From Thermoleophilia bacterium (GTDB lineage: Bacteria; Actinomycetota; Thermoleophilia; Miltoncostaeales; Miltoncostaeaceae), in NCBI GenBank assembly GCA_031362405.1, contig JANLSO010000056.1, positions 2,981 to 66,980 on the forward strand: 64,000 bases of DNA, read 5' to 3'. Of the stretch, positions 21,704 through 32,476 are shown piece by piece; the first letter of the stretch is position 1; each line of letters opens with the position of its first letter. The notes below the pieces were generated by a model. That model was not told the origin of the DNA. It saw only the letters and a program-made list of their open reading frames with translations, and did not search any database. Both the position numbers and the translations under genes were made by a program.

Positions 21704-22653
21704 CCTGGGTCGACGGGGTTCGGGTCGGCCATTGGACCGACGCCGAAGCCGGTACGGGCTGCACGGTGATCGTCCCCCCGCCGGGGACCCTCGGCTCGGT
21801 CGACGTCCGTGGTGGTGGGCCGAGCACGCGTGAGACCGAGCTGCTGTCGCCGATGACGAGCGTCGAGCACGTGACGGCGGTCCTTCTGACCGGCGGCAGT
21901 GCGTTTGGCCTCTCGGCGGCGGGCGGGGTGATGCGGTTCTGTGAAGAGCAGGGCCTCGGCCACCAGGCCGGTGCGGCGAGGGTTCCCATCGTGCCGACCG
22001 CGGTGATCTACGACCTCGGGATTACCGCCAACGCCCGCCGGCCGGGCCCCGACGATGCGTACGCCGCCTGCCAGGCCCTGACTGAGGGGCCGCCGCAGAT
22101 GGGCAGCGTCGGCGCGGGTACCGGCGCGACGGTCGGCAAGCTGATGGGCCAATCCGGATGGTGCAAGGGGGGCCTTGGGGTGAGCACGGTGCGCCTGCCT
22201 GGTGGGATGACGGTCGCGGCGATCGCCGTGGTGAACGCGTTCGGTGATGTCCTCGATGAGGCGGGCGAGGTTCTTGCCGGGGCATGGACACCCGAGCGCG
22301 GCTTCATCCGTTCGTCCCGCTATGCGCTGACCGAAGGCCCGGCCCATCCCCGGTTGGCGGCCGACTTCAACACGACCCTCGTCTGCGTGCTGACCGACGG
22401 AACGCTGACCAAGGTCGAGGCCGCCCAGGTCGCACGGATGGCCTCGGCGGGATTGTGCCGGGCGGTGTCACCGGTGCACACGCCGTTCGACGGCGACGTC
22501 GTCTTTTGCCTGTCGACTCGCCAGGGGCCCGCGAGCGCCTTCGCGTGCGGCATCGCCGCGGCAGAGGTGACGTCGGAGGCGATCCGTGCCGGTGTCCGTG
22601 CCGCCACGAGCCTGCGCGGAGTTCCGACCGCCGAGCAGCGCCGCCAGATTTAG
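21700..22653 (+). CDS. P1/S58-family aminopeptidase (DmpA/BapA-like)
   Basis: GVRVGHWTDAEAGTGCTVIV..DVRGGGPSTRETELL and LLTGGSAFGL motifs. GTG overlaps the mutM stop (GTGA). Confidence 0.8.
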   Translation: MTWVDGVRVGHWTDAEAGTGCTVIVPPPGTLGSVDVRGGGPSTRETELLSPMTSVEHVTAVLLTGGSAFGLSAAGGVMRFCEEQGLGHQAGAARVPIVPTAVIYDLGITANARRPGPDDAYAACQALTEGPPQMGSVGAGTGATVGKLMGQSGWCKGGLGVSTVRLPGGMTVAAIAVVNAFGDVLDEAGEVLAGAWTPERGFIRSSRYALTEGPAHPRLAADFNTTLVCVLTDGTLTKVEAAQVARMASAGLCRAVSPVHTPFDGDVVFCLSTRQGPASAFACGIAAAEVTSEAIRAGVRAATSLRGVPTAEQRRQI

Positions 22654-22913
22654 GCGGCGCGCCCCAGAAGCGTGTCGAGCTCACCGCTCTTGTCGAGGGC
22701 GGAGAGGTCGTCCCAGCCACCGATGGGCGTGTCGTCGATGATGATCTGCGGCACGGTGCGCCGACCGGTCAGCTCGACCAGCGCCTCCCGGGCAGAGTTG
22801 TCCGAAAGGCCGATGTGGCGCTCTTCGAACTCCACGCCCTTGGTTTCGAGAAGTCGCTTGGCCCGGGCGCAGTAGGGGCAGCGGTCGCCGGTGTACATCA
22901 CGATATTAGGCAT
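22650..22913 (-). CDS. glutaredoxin
   Basis: 87 aa. Active site CPYC (MYTGDRCPYCARAKRLL), plus TVPQIIIDD and GGWDDL motifs. Its stop codon overlaps the convergent S58 stop (TTAG). Confidence 0.9.
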   Translation of the reverse strand: MPNIVMYTGDRCPYCARAKRLLETKGVEFEERHIGLSDNSAREALVELTGRRTVPQIIIDDTPIGGWDDLSALDKSGELDTLLGRAA

Positions 22914-22970
22914 ACCCCCAAGGGTACCAGACACGCTTCGGCTGGCCGAAGGGGGTGCCATCATCCAGCC

Positions 22971-23753
22971 ATGCCGACCTTCGAAACCGACGCGGTCGTG
23001 CTGCGGGGGATCCGCTACGGCGAGGCGGATACCGTTTTGACCTTGCTCACCCGCGAGCACGGGCTCGCTTCGGCGATGGCCAAGGGTGCGCGCAAGACCA
23101 CCTCAAAGCTCGGTGGGCGCCTCCAGCCGGGAGTCTGGGTGCGCCTCACCCTGGTCCGCGGCCGCGGCGACATGCACACGATCCGCGGTGCGTCGGTTGT
23201 GCAGGCGCATGCCGGGCTGTGGGTCGAGGGCTACCGGTTACAGGCGGCGAGCTCGGTCCTGGAGGCGGCGATGAGGACGCTCCCCGAAGGCCAAGAAGAC
23301 GAGGCCGCCTTCACCCTTGTTGTGCGCACGCTGGAGCACCTCGCCACGGCGATTCCGCTGGAGGGGCCGGCCCGGCTGGACCCCCTGGTGCTGAGCGCCC
23401 AGGCAAAGCTCCTTGTGGTGGCCGGACTGGTGCCGCGGCTGGGCTCGTGCGCCTCGTGCGGAGCGCCCCCGCCCCTAGTCGGCTTCTCGGCGCGGATGGG
23501 CGGTGCGCTGTGCCATGACTGCGCGGTCTCGGGGGAGCCGTTCTCCGACCACTCCCGCGAAGGTCTAGCCGCGCTGCTCGGGAACCCCTTGGCGGAGGCC
23601 CGCCGACTGATCGATCCACCGGCCGCTCTGGGGATCGAGCGCGTGATCGGGCTCCTGCTCCACGAACACATGGGGGTGGAATTACGCTCCGCTACGCCGG
23701 TTGAAGGCTCGTGGCGCGCGCGTTCAAAGGCGATAGGTCCCCGCCGAAGGTAG
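22971..23753 (+). CDS. recO: DNA repair protein RecO
   Basis: FETDAVVLRGIRYGEADTVLTLLTREHGL OB-fold N-terminus and zinc motif CASCGA..CHDC. ATG 22971 inside listed ORF 22284..23753. Confidence 0.9.
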   Translation: MPTFETDAVVLRGIRYGEADTVLTLLTREHGLASAMAKGARKTTSKLGGRLQPGVWVRLTLVRGRGDMHTIRGASVVQAHAGLWVEGYRLQAASSVLEAAMRTLPEGQEDEAAFTLVVRTLEHLATAIPLEGPARLDPLVLSAQAKLLVVAGLVPRLGSCASCGAPPPLVGFSARMGGALCHDCAVSGEPFSDHSREGLAALLGNPLAEARRLIDPPAALGIERVIGLLLHEHMGVELRSATPVEGSWRARSKAIGPRRR

Positions 23754-23768
23754 GGGTGCCGCTGCACG

Positions 23769-24041
23769 GTGAGGAGGCTCTATCCGTCCATCTCAAGGCC
23801 TGGACTGTTAGCACCGCCGGGCGTCGAACGCTCAGACATCGTGGATCAGATTCGCAAGCTCGCCGAGCTCCGCGACGCGGGAATCCTCACCGAGGTGGAG
23901 TTCGACGCGAAGAAGGTCGAGCTGCTCGCCAAGTTGGAGGGATCTGAGATCCGCACGAGAGCCAGCGTGCGGAGTGGTGGACATGACAGTCCCGCTCCGC
24001 GCTTGCACGTCTGGCGTTTCCAAATCTTCTTAGGCGCATAG
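23769..24041 (+). CDS. SHOCT-domain small protein
   Basis: IVDQIRKLAELRDAGILTEVEFDAKKVELLAKL is a SHOCT motif. The start is uncertain (GTG 23769 or 23839). An unusual 34-residue tail after the domain runs into the 24033 palindrome. Confidence 0.55.
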   Translation: MRRLYPSISRPGLLAPPGVERSDIVDQIRKLAELRDAGILTEVEFDAKKVELLAKLEGSEIRTRASVRSGGHDSPAPRLHVWRFQIFLGA

Positions 24042-24067
24042 ATCGGTGCCGGGCACCGATCTATGCG
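24033..24067. repeat. 35-nt perfect palindrome (17+1+17), twin of the 16376 element
   Basis: GCGCATAGATCGGTGCC-G-GGCACCGATCTATGCGC. Sits between the convergent SHOCT and acyl-CoA ligase genes and overlaps the SHOCT ORF stop codon. Confidence 0.95.
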
Positions 24068-24126
24068 CAGGGACTCAGGCTGCCCCCCCGGCATCCAGAG
24101 GGCTGCCATAGGAAGGACCGTTCTGT

Positions 24127-24196
24127 GAGTACCGCATTTTACGCAGCGATGAGTACCGCTTTTACGCAGTGCCGAGTACCGCTTTTCTGCAGCGGT
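24127..24196. repeat. three tandem 23-24-nt direct repeats
   Basis: GAGTACCGCATTTTACGCAGCGAT / GAGTACCGCTTTTACGCAGTGCC / GAGTACCGCTTTTCTGCAGCGGT. The last unit abuts the stop codon of the minus-strand ligase gene. Confidence 0.85.
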
Positions 24197-25725
24197 CAGC
24201 CCGGGGGCGTATCCCAGTAGGGCGCTCGCAGGAGGAACTTCTGGATCTTTCCGGTGGCGGTACGGGGTAGGGAATCGCGCACCTCGACCCGTGTCGGGCA
24301 CTTGAAGGTCGCCATCCGCGACTTGGCGTGCGCGATGAGGTCGGCCTCCGAAGCAGTGAGTCCGCCGCCGAGCACGACCAGGGCCATGACCGTCTCGCCC
24401 CAGCGCTCGTGGGGGACGCCGATCACGGCGACCTCGACGACGGCCGGATGGTCGCGCAGGCAGTCCTCTACTTCGATCGAGGAGATGTTCTCCCCGCCGG
24501 AGATGATGACGTCCTTCTTGCGGTCGGTGATCAGCAGGTGGTGCGCGTCGTTGAGTTCACCTCCATCACCGGTGTGGAGCCATCCTCCGTCGAGGGCCCG
24601 CGCGGTGGCGTCGGGATCGTCCCAGTAGGCCTCGAGCACATGGTTCGAGCGGGCGAGAACCTCGCCGTGCTCGTCGACGCGGATGCTCACGCCGATCAGC
24701 TCCATCCCTTGGCGCGAGAGCCGGGCGGCGCGCTGGTCGGGGGTGAGGTCATCCGACTCGGGCCCCGCCCGGTTGATGGTGATGACCGGCGAGCTCTCGG
24801 TGAGGCCGTAGCCGTGGATCAACTCCCACCCGAGTTCTTCCTCGACCCGTCGGATCGTCGAAGTAGGCGGCGAAGCGCCGCCGGTCATCACGCGCATTCG
24901 GCCATGCTGGGGCGTCTCCTCACCCCGCGCTCGCGTCGCGACCCCGGCCGCGAGGACCGCGTCGATCACGGCGGGCGCACACGCGGTGAGCGTCACGCCC
25001 TCGGCGGAGATCCGACGCAGAATCTCCAAGCCGTCGACCTTCCTCTGCATCACCTGGCGCGCGCCCATCGCGGCCAGGCCATAGGGGAGACCCCACCCGT
25101 TGCAGTGAAAGAGCGGCTGAGTCTGCAGGTACACATCGCGGGCCGACACTCCAAGGTGCCAGCCGAAGCTCACCGCGTGCAGCCAGAGGGTGCGATGGGT
25201 GAGCTGCACGCCCTTCGGCCGGGCGGTGGTCCCCGAGGTGTAGTTGATCGAGGCGGTGGCGTCCTCGTCCGGCTCCCAGCTGGTGGGGCGCTGGTCGCTC
25301 TCGGCGAAGAGCGCGGCGTCCGCGACGCCGTCCATCAGGATCGTCTCGATGCCATCGAGATCGCCGAGGGAGGCCGCGATCTCGGGATCAATCAGCACCA
25401 CCCGTGAGCCCGAGTGACGAACGATGTAGGCGATCTCCGTGGCGTTGAGCCGGAAGTTGATCGGCACCAGCACCCGCCCGTGGGCGCTCACGCCGAAAAG
25501 GGAGACGACGAAACGTGCGGAGTTGGGGCTGACGATCGCGACCCGCTCGCCGAGGCCCACGCCCACGCGCTCAAGCTCGCGCGCCATTCCCCACGATCGG
25601 CGCTGGAGTCCGGCGAACGAGACCTCACCAAGGCTCGCCGGGCCGGGTTCGTCGACGATGGCCACACGATCGCCGTGGAGGCCGGCGCGATCGATGAAAT
25701 CCAGCAGTGTCAGCGGAACTTTCAT
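24196..25725 (-). CDS. AMP-dependent acyl-CoA synthetase/ligase (FadD-like)
   Basis: AMP-binding signature INYTSGTTARPKGV, plus GYGLTES, WLHTGDGG and C-terminal RTATGKIQK. Confidence 0.9.
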   Translation of the reverse strand: MKVPLTLLDFIDRAGLHGDRVAIVDEPGPASLGEVSFAGLQRRSWGMARELERVGVGLGERVAIVSPNSARFVVSLFGVSAHGRVLVPINFRLNATEIAYIVRHSGSRVVLIDPEIAASLGDLDGIETILMDGVADAALFAESDQRPTSWEPDEDATASINYTSGTTARPKGVQLTHRTLWLHAVSFGWHLGVSARDVYLQTQPLFHCNGWGLPYGLAAMGARQVMQRKVDGLEILRRISAEGVTLTACAPAVIDAVLAAGVATRARGEETPQHGRMRVMTGGASPPTSTIRRVEEELGWELIHGYGLTESSPVITINRAGPESDDLTPDQRAARLSRQGMELIGVSIRVDEHGEVLARSNHVLEAYWDDPDATARALDGGWLHTGDGGELNDAHHLLITDRKKDVIISGGENISSIEVEDCLRDHPAVVEVAVIGVPHERWGETVMALVVLGGGLTASEADLIAHAKSRMATFKCPTRVEVRDSLPRTATGKIQKFLLRAPYWDTPPG

Positions 25726-26120
25726 GGCGTCCTCTCGTTGATCGGCACCCTATGCCCGGTCGATGCGCAGTTGCCAGAAGGAGGCCAGATGGACGTCGTT
25801 TCGATTCGCGACAACAATCCCTAGGGATTAGGGATTCTTCTGTCGCGTGTCTCCAAGCCAAGCTGCGTTCAAGACAAGCAACCCGAACTGACAGCTCAGC
25901 CTCGCCGGCGTAGGCGTTTCCTTGGATGAAATGGATCTCCCCGCAAACCGCACTTCCGCGCGCCCCGCCCCGATGGGGCACGTCGGCCGAGCCCTCCGCC
26001 GCGCGGGGAGTGAGCCGGGGAGCTTGATTGGGGCTGCCGACGATGCCGTGAGCACTGCTCACCGACGCAGCCGGCTACCCCGCGTGCGGTACCTCGGCAC
26101 GCACATGCTACTGTCTGCGC

Positions 26121-26372
26121 ATGTTGACCCGCCGTGTCCACGTGCTCTTCGACGATGCACGCTTCAGCAGAATCGAACGCGAGGCCAAGTCGCGCAAAGT
26201 CTCTGTAGCAGAGGTGATTCGGGAGGCTGTCGACTATCGGCTGCCCCCGACCTGGCCGAGTCGCAGCGAGGCCGGAGAGCGGATTCTCCGAGCAGATCCA
26301 ATGGATGTTCCCGATGACCCGGCGGACCTCAAGCGTGAGATCGCCGATGCGCACGACCGCTTCGGAGAGTGA
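26121..26372 (+). CDS. vapB: ribbon-helix-helix antitoxin (VapB-like)
   Basis: 83 aa. VHVLFDDARFSRIEREAKSRKVSVAEVIREAVD has an RHH pattern. The stop overlaps the downstream PIN gene start. Confidence 0.7.
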   Translation: MLTRRVHVLFDDARFSRIEREAKSRKVSVAEVIREAVDYRLPPTWPSRSEAGERILRADPMDVPDDPADLKREIADAHDRFGE

Positions 26373-26791
26373 TCGTCCTTGATACCTCCGTGCTGGTCTA
26401 CGCCGTCGGTGACGCCCATCCGCTGAAGGTTCCGTGCCAAGGTCTGATCGGTCTGATCATGCAGGGCGCGCTCGAGGCAACGACAACGCCCGAGGTGATC
26501 CAGGAGTTCGTCCACGTGCGTTCGCGTCGACGATCGCGGGAGAACGCAGTCGGCTTCGCTCGGGATTTCGCGGGCCTTTTGCAGCCGTTGACCCTTGTCG
26601 AGGACACCGATCTGCGTGCCGGGCTTGAGATCTTCGAACAGGTGCCCGAGATCGGATCGTTTGACGCGGTCCTCGCTGCCGTCGCGAGACGCATCGGTGC
26701 AACCCGGCTCGTCTCAGCGGATCGTCGGTTCGGGTCTGTGCTCGGCCTGGCGTGGGAGCAGCCCAACGCATTCTGGGAACGGGTTCGCTGA
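26369..26791 (+). CDS. vapC: PIN-domain toxin (VapC-like)
   Basis: IVLDTSVLVYA N-terminal acidic motif, EVIQEF, FDAVLAAVA and SADRRF motifs. 140 aa. Confidence 0.85.
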   Translation: MIVLDTSVLVYAVGDAHPLKVPCQGLIGLIMQGALEATTTPEVIQEFVHVRSRRRSRENAVGFARDFAGLLQPLTLVEDTDLRAGLEIFEQVPEIGSFDAVLAAVARRIGATRLVSADRRFGSVLGLAWEQPNAFWERVR

Positions 26792-26860
26792 ACGAAGAGT
26801 TCGGTCGAGACCACTAAACTCGGCGGTCTCCCGACCCCCTCCAAGGAGCACCGTTCGACC

Positions 26861-27722
<862 letters not shown>

Positions 27723-27730
<8 letters not shown>

Positions 27731-29810
27731 CCTTCTGATCGAGTTCGGCTGCGAAGAGCTTCCGTCGAGCGCCTGCCGGGAGATCCTCGAGCAGGCATCC
27801 GGCCTTGCCACCCAGGCCCTGACGGCCGCCCGGCTGCCGGACGGCGCCGTCACCGTGTGGGTCGCTCCACGCCGGTTCGCGATCCACATTGCAGGCCTCC
27901 CAGAGACGCGCGAGGGCCGAGCCGTCTCCCACCGGGGCCCGGCCGAGCAAGCGGCGTTTGGGCCTGATGGCGCTCCGACCAAAGCCGCCGAAGGCTTCGC
28001 GCGGTCGCAGGGGCTCACCGCCGCCGACCTCGTCGTACGCGAAGACCAGGGCCGCAACTTCGTCTATGCCGACCGTGACGAGCCGGCGGTGGCGGTCTCC
28101 GATCTGGTCCCGGGTGTCGCCGCCGCCATCCTCGATGGCATTCGCCTCGGCAAGACGATGCGCTGGGGCGACGGCACCGGCCTGCGGTTCTCGCGGCCCG
28201 TGCGGTGGATCGTCGCCAAGCTCGGCGACAAGACGGTGCCCTTCACGCTGCACGACCTCGTGGCGGGCGATGTCTCCCAAGGCCACCGGTTCCTCGGCGC
28301 GCCGACGGCGATCGCCTCGGCGTCGAGCTACCGGGACGACCTTCGCGCCCAGGGGGTCGTTGCCGACCAGGCCGAGCGGCGGGCCGAGATCGTCGCCGGG
28401 CTCGATGCGGCCGCGACGGCTGAGGGCTGCGCGTGGAGCGACCCGGGCGGCAAGCTCGCGGAGGTCTTATTCCTGGTGGAGCGTCCGAGCGTGATCGTCG
28501 GCGACATCAACCCCGATCACCTGCGCCTGCCCGAGCGGGTGCTCGTGACCGCAATGCAGAGCCACCAGCGCTATTTCCCGCTGACGACGCCCGACGGAGC
28601 CCTTCATCCGCGGTTTCTCGCGGTCTCGAACGGTGATCCTGCCCACGCGGCGGTGATCACGCGGGGCAACGCCGGTGTGCTCGAAGCCCGGCTGCAAGAC
28701 GCCGCGTTCAGCTTCGACAGGGACCTCGAAGCGGGGCTCGACGCCCTCGACGCGCGGCTCGATTCGATCGTCTTCCACAAACGCCTCGGATCGATGGCCC
28801 AAAAGCGTGATCGCCTGACGAACATCGCCGAGCTCATCGCGCTGAAGGCCGGTCTCGATGCGACGACCGCAACGACGGCCGCCCGCGCGGCCCAACTCTC
28901 AAAGGTCGATCAAGGCGCCGTGCTCGTCGCCGAGTTCGCCGAGCTGCAGGGCGAGGTCGCCGGAGACTACGCGGAGCTCTGGGGTGAGAGCACCGATGTC
29001 GCCCAGGCGATCCGCGAGCACTACCTGCCCCAAGGCCCGGGCTCGCCGCTTCCCACGAGCGGGGCCGGCCAGGTTGTGGCCCTCGCAGAGAAGATCGACA
29101 GCCTTACGGGGGCCTTCTACGTGAACGAGATCCCGACGGGATCCAAAGACCCGTACGGCCTGCGCCGCGCGGCGGCGGGTCTGACCCGGATTCTCCTCGA
29201 GACCGGCTGGGAAATCGATCCCCAGACCCTGTTCTCGGCGACCGCCGACGACCTGCGCACCAGCGGGGCGGATCTCATCCTCGATGACGAGACCGCCCTG
29301 CCGCACCTCAAGAGTTTCCTTGCCGACCGGCTCGCGTTCCACCTCTCCGAGGAGGGCGTCGACGCGGAGAGCGTCGCGGCCGCCCAGGGCGCCGACGTCG
29401 GCGGCGTCGTGGCAACGGCGCGGTGGGCGAAAGGTATCGCCGCGGCACGCGACACCGAAGGCCTGAAAACGGCAGGCACAGCGTCTACTCGCCTGGTTCG
29501 ATTGGCGGCCAAGGGCCCCGACGGCGGGGCGTTCGTTTCGGCCGCAGACGCCGACGAGGACGCGCTCCACCACGCGATCACAGTGGCGGGACCGCTGGTC
29601 GAGGCGGCACGTGAACACGCGGACGTCGAGGTCGCCCTTGCCGATCTCGTGCCGCTGGTTTCCGCTGTCGACCGTTTCTTTGTCGACGTAATGGTCAATA
29701 GTGATAACGAGGCGGCCCGCGCCCGACGGTACGCCCTCGTGCGTGAGGCCCGCGACGTCTTCCTGCGGGTGGCCGACTTCACCAAGCTGACCGACGGGAG
29801 CGCACGGTGA
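27723..29810 (+). CDS. glyS: glycine--tRNA ligase beta subunit
   Basis: [18 protein letters not shown]-terminus and size (about 695 aa) typical of GlyS. Overlaps the glyQ stop by 8 nt. Confidence 0.93.
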
Positions 29811-32476
29811 CTACCACCGCAACCACCAAGCGGGTCTACGACTTCGCTGAAGGGTCGCGGGAGATGCGCGACCTGCTCGGTGGCAAGGGCGCCAACGTGG
29901 CAGAGATGACGCGCCTCGGCCTGCCGGTGCCCGCCGGCTTCACGATCACCACTGAGACCTGCATCGCCTACCTGGCCAGCGAGCACCAGTTCCCCGCCGG
30001 GCTCGACGACGAGGTATCCGAACACCTGGCCCGCTTGGAGACTCAGGCCGCAAAGAAGCTCGGCGACCCGGACAACCCCCTGCTGGTGTCGGTGCGCTCG
30101 GGTGCCCGGTTCTCAATGCCCGGAATGATGGACACCGTTCTGAACCTCGGCCTGAACGACCGCAGCGTCGAGGGCTTGGCCGCACGCACCGGCAACGCGC
30201 GGTTTGCCTACGACTCGTACCGACGTTTCATCCAGATGTACGGCGACGTGGTGTCGGAGGTCGACCGCGCCTATTTCGAGGGGGCGCTGACGACGTTGAA
30301 GGCCGAGCGTGGCGTCGAAACCGACGTAGAGCTGACCGCCAACGACCTCGAGGGTCTCGTCGAGACCTACCGCGGGATCTACCGCGAGCACAAAGGCGAC
30401 GATTTCCCCCAAGACCCACGCGCCCAGCTCGACGGCGCTGTCCGCGCAGTGTTCGAATCGTGGGACAACCGCCGCGCCCGCGACTATCGCCGACTCAACC
30501 GAATCCCCCACGACCTCGGTACCGCGGTCAACGTGCAGCAAATGGTCTTCGGCAACAGCGGCCCCCAGTCGGCGACCGGCGTCGCGTTCACCCGCAGTAA
30601 CGTCACCGGCGACCCGTCAGAGCCTTTCGGCGACTTCCTCGTCAACGCCCAGGGCGAGGACGTCGTCGCCGGAATTCGCACTCCCCTGCCGCTCACCGAG
30701 CTGCGCGACGTACTGCCCGACGCCTACGCCGCGCTGATCGAGACGATGGGAATGCTCGAGCGTACGTATCGCAACATGCAAGACGTCGAGTTCACGATCG
30801 AAGACGGCCGCCTGTTCATGCTGCAGACCCGCAACGGCAAGCGCAGCGCCCAGGCGATGGCGCGGATTGCCGTCGATCTCGTTGACGAGGGCCTGGTGAC
30901 GGCCGCCGATTCGATGTCGACGCTCGTCGACGCGCATCAGGTACGCCAGCTCCTGCTTCCTCAACTCGACCTCGCCAGGGCCCCGGAATCGGTGGCCTGC
31001 GGGGTCGCCGCATCGCCTGGCGCGGCGACCGGAGCGCTCGCCTTCACCGCCGACGATGCCGAAAGGCGGGCCCGTGACGGGGAGGCGGTGATCCTCGTGC
31101 GCGACGAGACGACGCCCGACGATTTCCACGGGATGGTCGCCGCCGAGGGCATCCTCACCGCCCATGGCGGCAAGACCAGCCACGCGGCGATCGTTGCCGT
31201 CGGAATGGGCACGCCCGCGGTCTGCGGGGTCGGGGCCCTGGAGATCGACGAGAAGAAGGGCATCCTGCGGGTGGCCGGGCAGCTGCTGACCCGCGGCGAC
31301 CAGATCACGATCGACGGCACCGGCGGACAGGTCTTCGTCGGCCACGCCCCGCTGGTGCCACCCGACCCGAACAACCCGTATCTCGTGCGGATCCTCGAAT
31401 GGTCGGACGAGTTCCGAAAGATCGTCGTCCGTGCCAACGCCGACACCCCCGACGACGCCGAACGGGCCCGCGCGTTCGGGGCCGAGGGAATCGGCCTGTG
31501 CCGCACCGAGCATATGTTCGCGGGTGACGATCGGCTGCCGATCGTGCGCGAGATGATCCTCGCCGACGACGAGGCAGATCGGCTCGCGTCGTTGGCAAAG
31601 CTGAGGGTCTTCCAGGAGCGCGATTTCGAGGGGATCTTCGCGGCGATGGCGGGCCTGCCGGTGACGATCCGACTGCTCGATCCGCCGCTGCACGAGTTCC
31701 TTCCCGACTACACCGAGCTTCGCCTTCGCGTCGAGCGCGCCCGGATCATCGGTGTGCCCGACATCGACGCCGACCTGCAGCTACCCCGCGTCGAGAAACT
31801 CAAAGAGGTCAACCCGATGCTCGGGACCCGCGGGTGCCGCCTCGGCATCGAGTGGCCCGACGTCTACCGGATGCAGGTCGCGGCGATCATGACCGCCGCC
31901 TGCCGAGTCAAAAAGGCATCAGGCGCGGCACCGATCGTGGAGATCATGATTCCGCTCGTTGGCTTCGAGGAGGAGCTGCGGATCATGCGCGAGCAGGTCG
32001 TCGACGTCTGCGAAACCGTCCTGGCAGAACAGGGCGAAAGCATCGACTACCTCGTCGGCACCATGATCGAGCTGCCGCGGGCGGCATTGGTCGCCGACAA
32101 GATCGCCGGCCACGCCGACTTCTTTTCGTTCGGCACGAACGACCTCACCCAGACCACGCTCGGTTTCTCGCGTGACGATGCGGAGAACAAGTTCCTCACC
32201 CACTACCTGCAGATGAACGTCATCCCCTCGAACCCGTTCGAGACGATCGATGTCGACGGAGTCGGGGCGCTGGTCGCGATGGCCACCGAGCTGTCGCGCG
32301 GCGTAAAGCCGGGCATCAAACTGGGGATCTGCGGCGAGCACGGTGGCGATCCCGACTCCGTGCGGTTCTTTGCCCAGACCGGGCTCGACTACGTGTCGTG
32401 CTCACCGTTCCGTGTGCAGACCGCGCGCATCGCAGGGGCCCAGGCCGCACTCGAGGCCGGTGGCTCGATGGCGTGA
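29807..32476 (+). CDS. ppdK: pyruvate, phosphate dikinase
   Basis: 889 aa. N-terminal VYDFAEGSREMRDLLGGKGANVAEM, phosphohistidine region GGKTSHAAIVA, and PEP-utilising C-terminus GICGEHGGDP. GTG overlaps the glyS stop. Confidence 0.95.
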   Translation: MTTTATTKRVYDFAEGSREMRDLLGGKGANVAEMTRLGLPVPAGFTITTETCIAYLASEHQFPAGLDDEVSEHLARLETQAAKKLGDPDNPLLVSVRSGARFSMPGMMDTVLNLGLNDRSVEGLAARTGNARFAYDSYRRFIQMYGDVVSEVDRAYFEGALTTLKAERGVETDVELTANDLEGLVETYRGIYREHKGDDFPQDPRAQLDGAVRAVFESWDNRRARDYRRLNRIPHDLGTAVNVQQMVFGNSGPQSATGVAFTRSNVTGDPSEPFGDFLVNAQGEDVVAGIRTPLPLTELRDVLPDAYAALIETMGMLERTYRNMQDVEFTIEDGRLFMLQTRNGKRSAQAMARIAVDLVDEGLVTAADSMSTLVDAHQVRQLLLPQLDLARAPESVACGVAASPGAATGALAFTADDAERRARDGEAVILVRDETTPDDFHGMVAAEGILTAHGGKTSHAAIVAVGMGTPAVCGVGALEIDEKKGILRVAGQLLTRGDQITIDGTGGQVFVGHAPLVPPDPNNPYLVRILEWSDEFRKIVVRANADTPDDAERARAFGAEGIGLCRTEHMFAGDDRLPIVREMILADDEADRLASLAKLRVFQERDFEGIFAAMAGLPVTIRLLDPPLHEFLPDYTELRLRVERARIIGVPDIDADLQLPRVEKLKEVNPMLGTRGCRLGIEWPDVYRMQVAAIMTAACRVKKASGAAPIVEIMIPLVGFEEELRIMREQVVDVCETVLAEQGESIDYLVGTMIELPRAALVADKIAGHADFFSFGTNDLTQTTLGFSRDDAENKFLTHYLQMNVIPSNPFETIDVDGVGALVAMATELSRGVKPGIKLGICGEHGGDPDSVRFFAQTGLDYVSCSPFRVQTARIAGAQAALEAGGSMA

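Noticed and set aside
22284-22970. N-terminal 229-codon extension of the RecO ORF (listed 22284..23753).
   Set aside because: The extension overlaps the S58 peptidase gene and runs antisense through the glutaredoxin gene. RecO homology begins at MPTFETDAVVL (ATG 22971).
25817-25840. AATCCCTAGGGATT palindrome with a duplicated AGGGATT, upstream of the acyl-CoA ligase gene, as a regulator site.
   Set aside because: It is a plausible operator, but it is short, occurs once, and has no adjacent regulator gene. There is not enough evidence to call it a feature.
26792-26860. Possible T-box or other leader upstream of glyQ.
   Set aside because: There are only 69 nt between vapC and glyQ, too short for a T-box. 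No specifier or antiterminator elements are visible.
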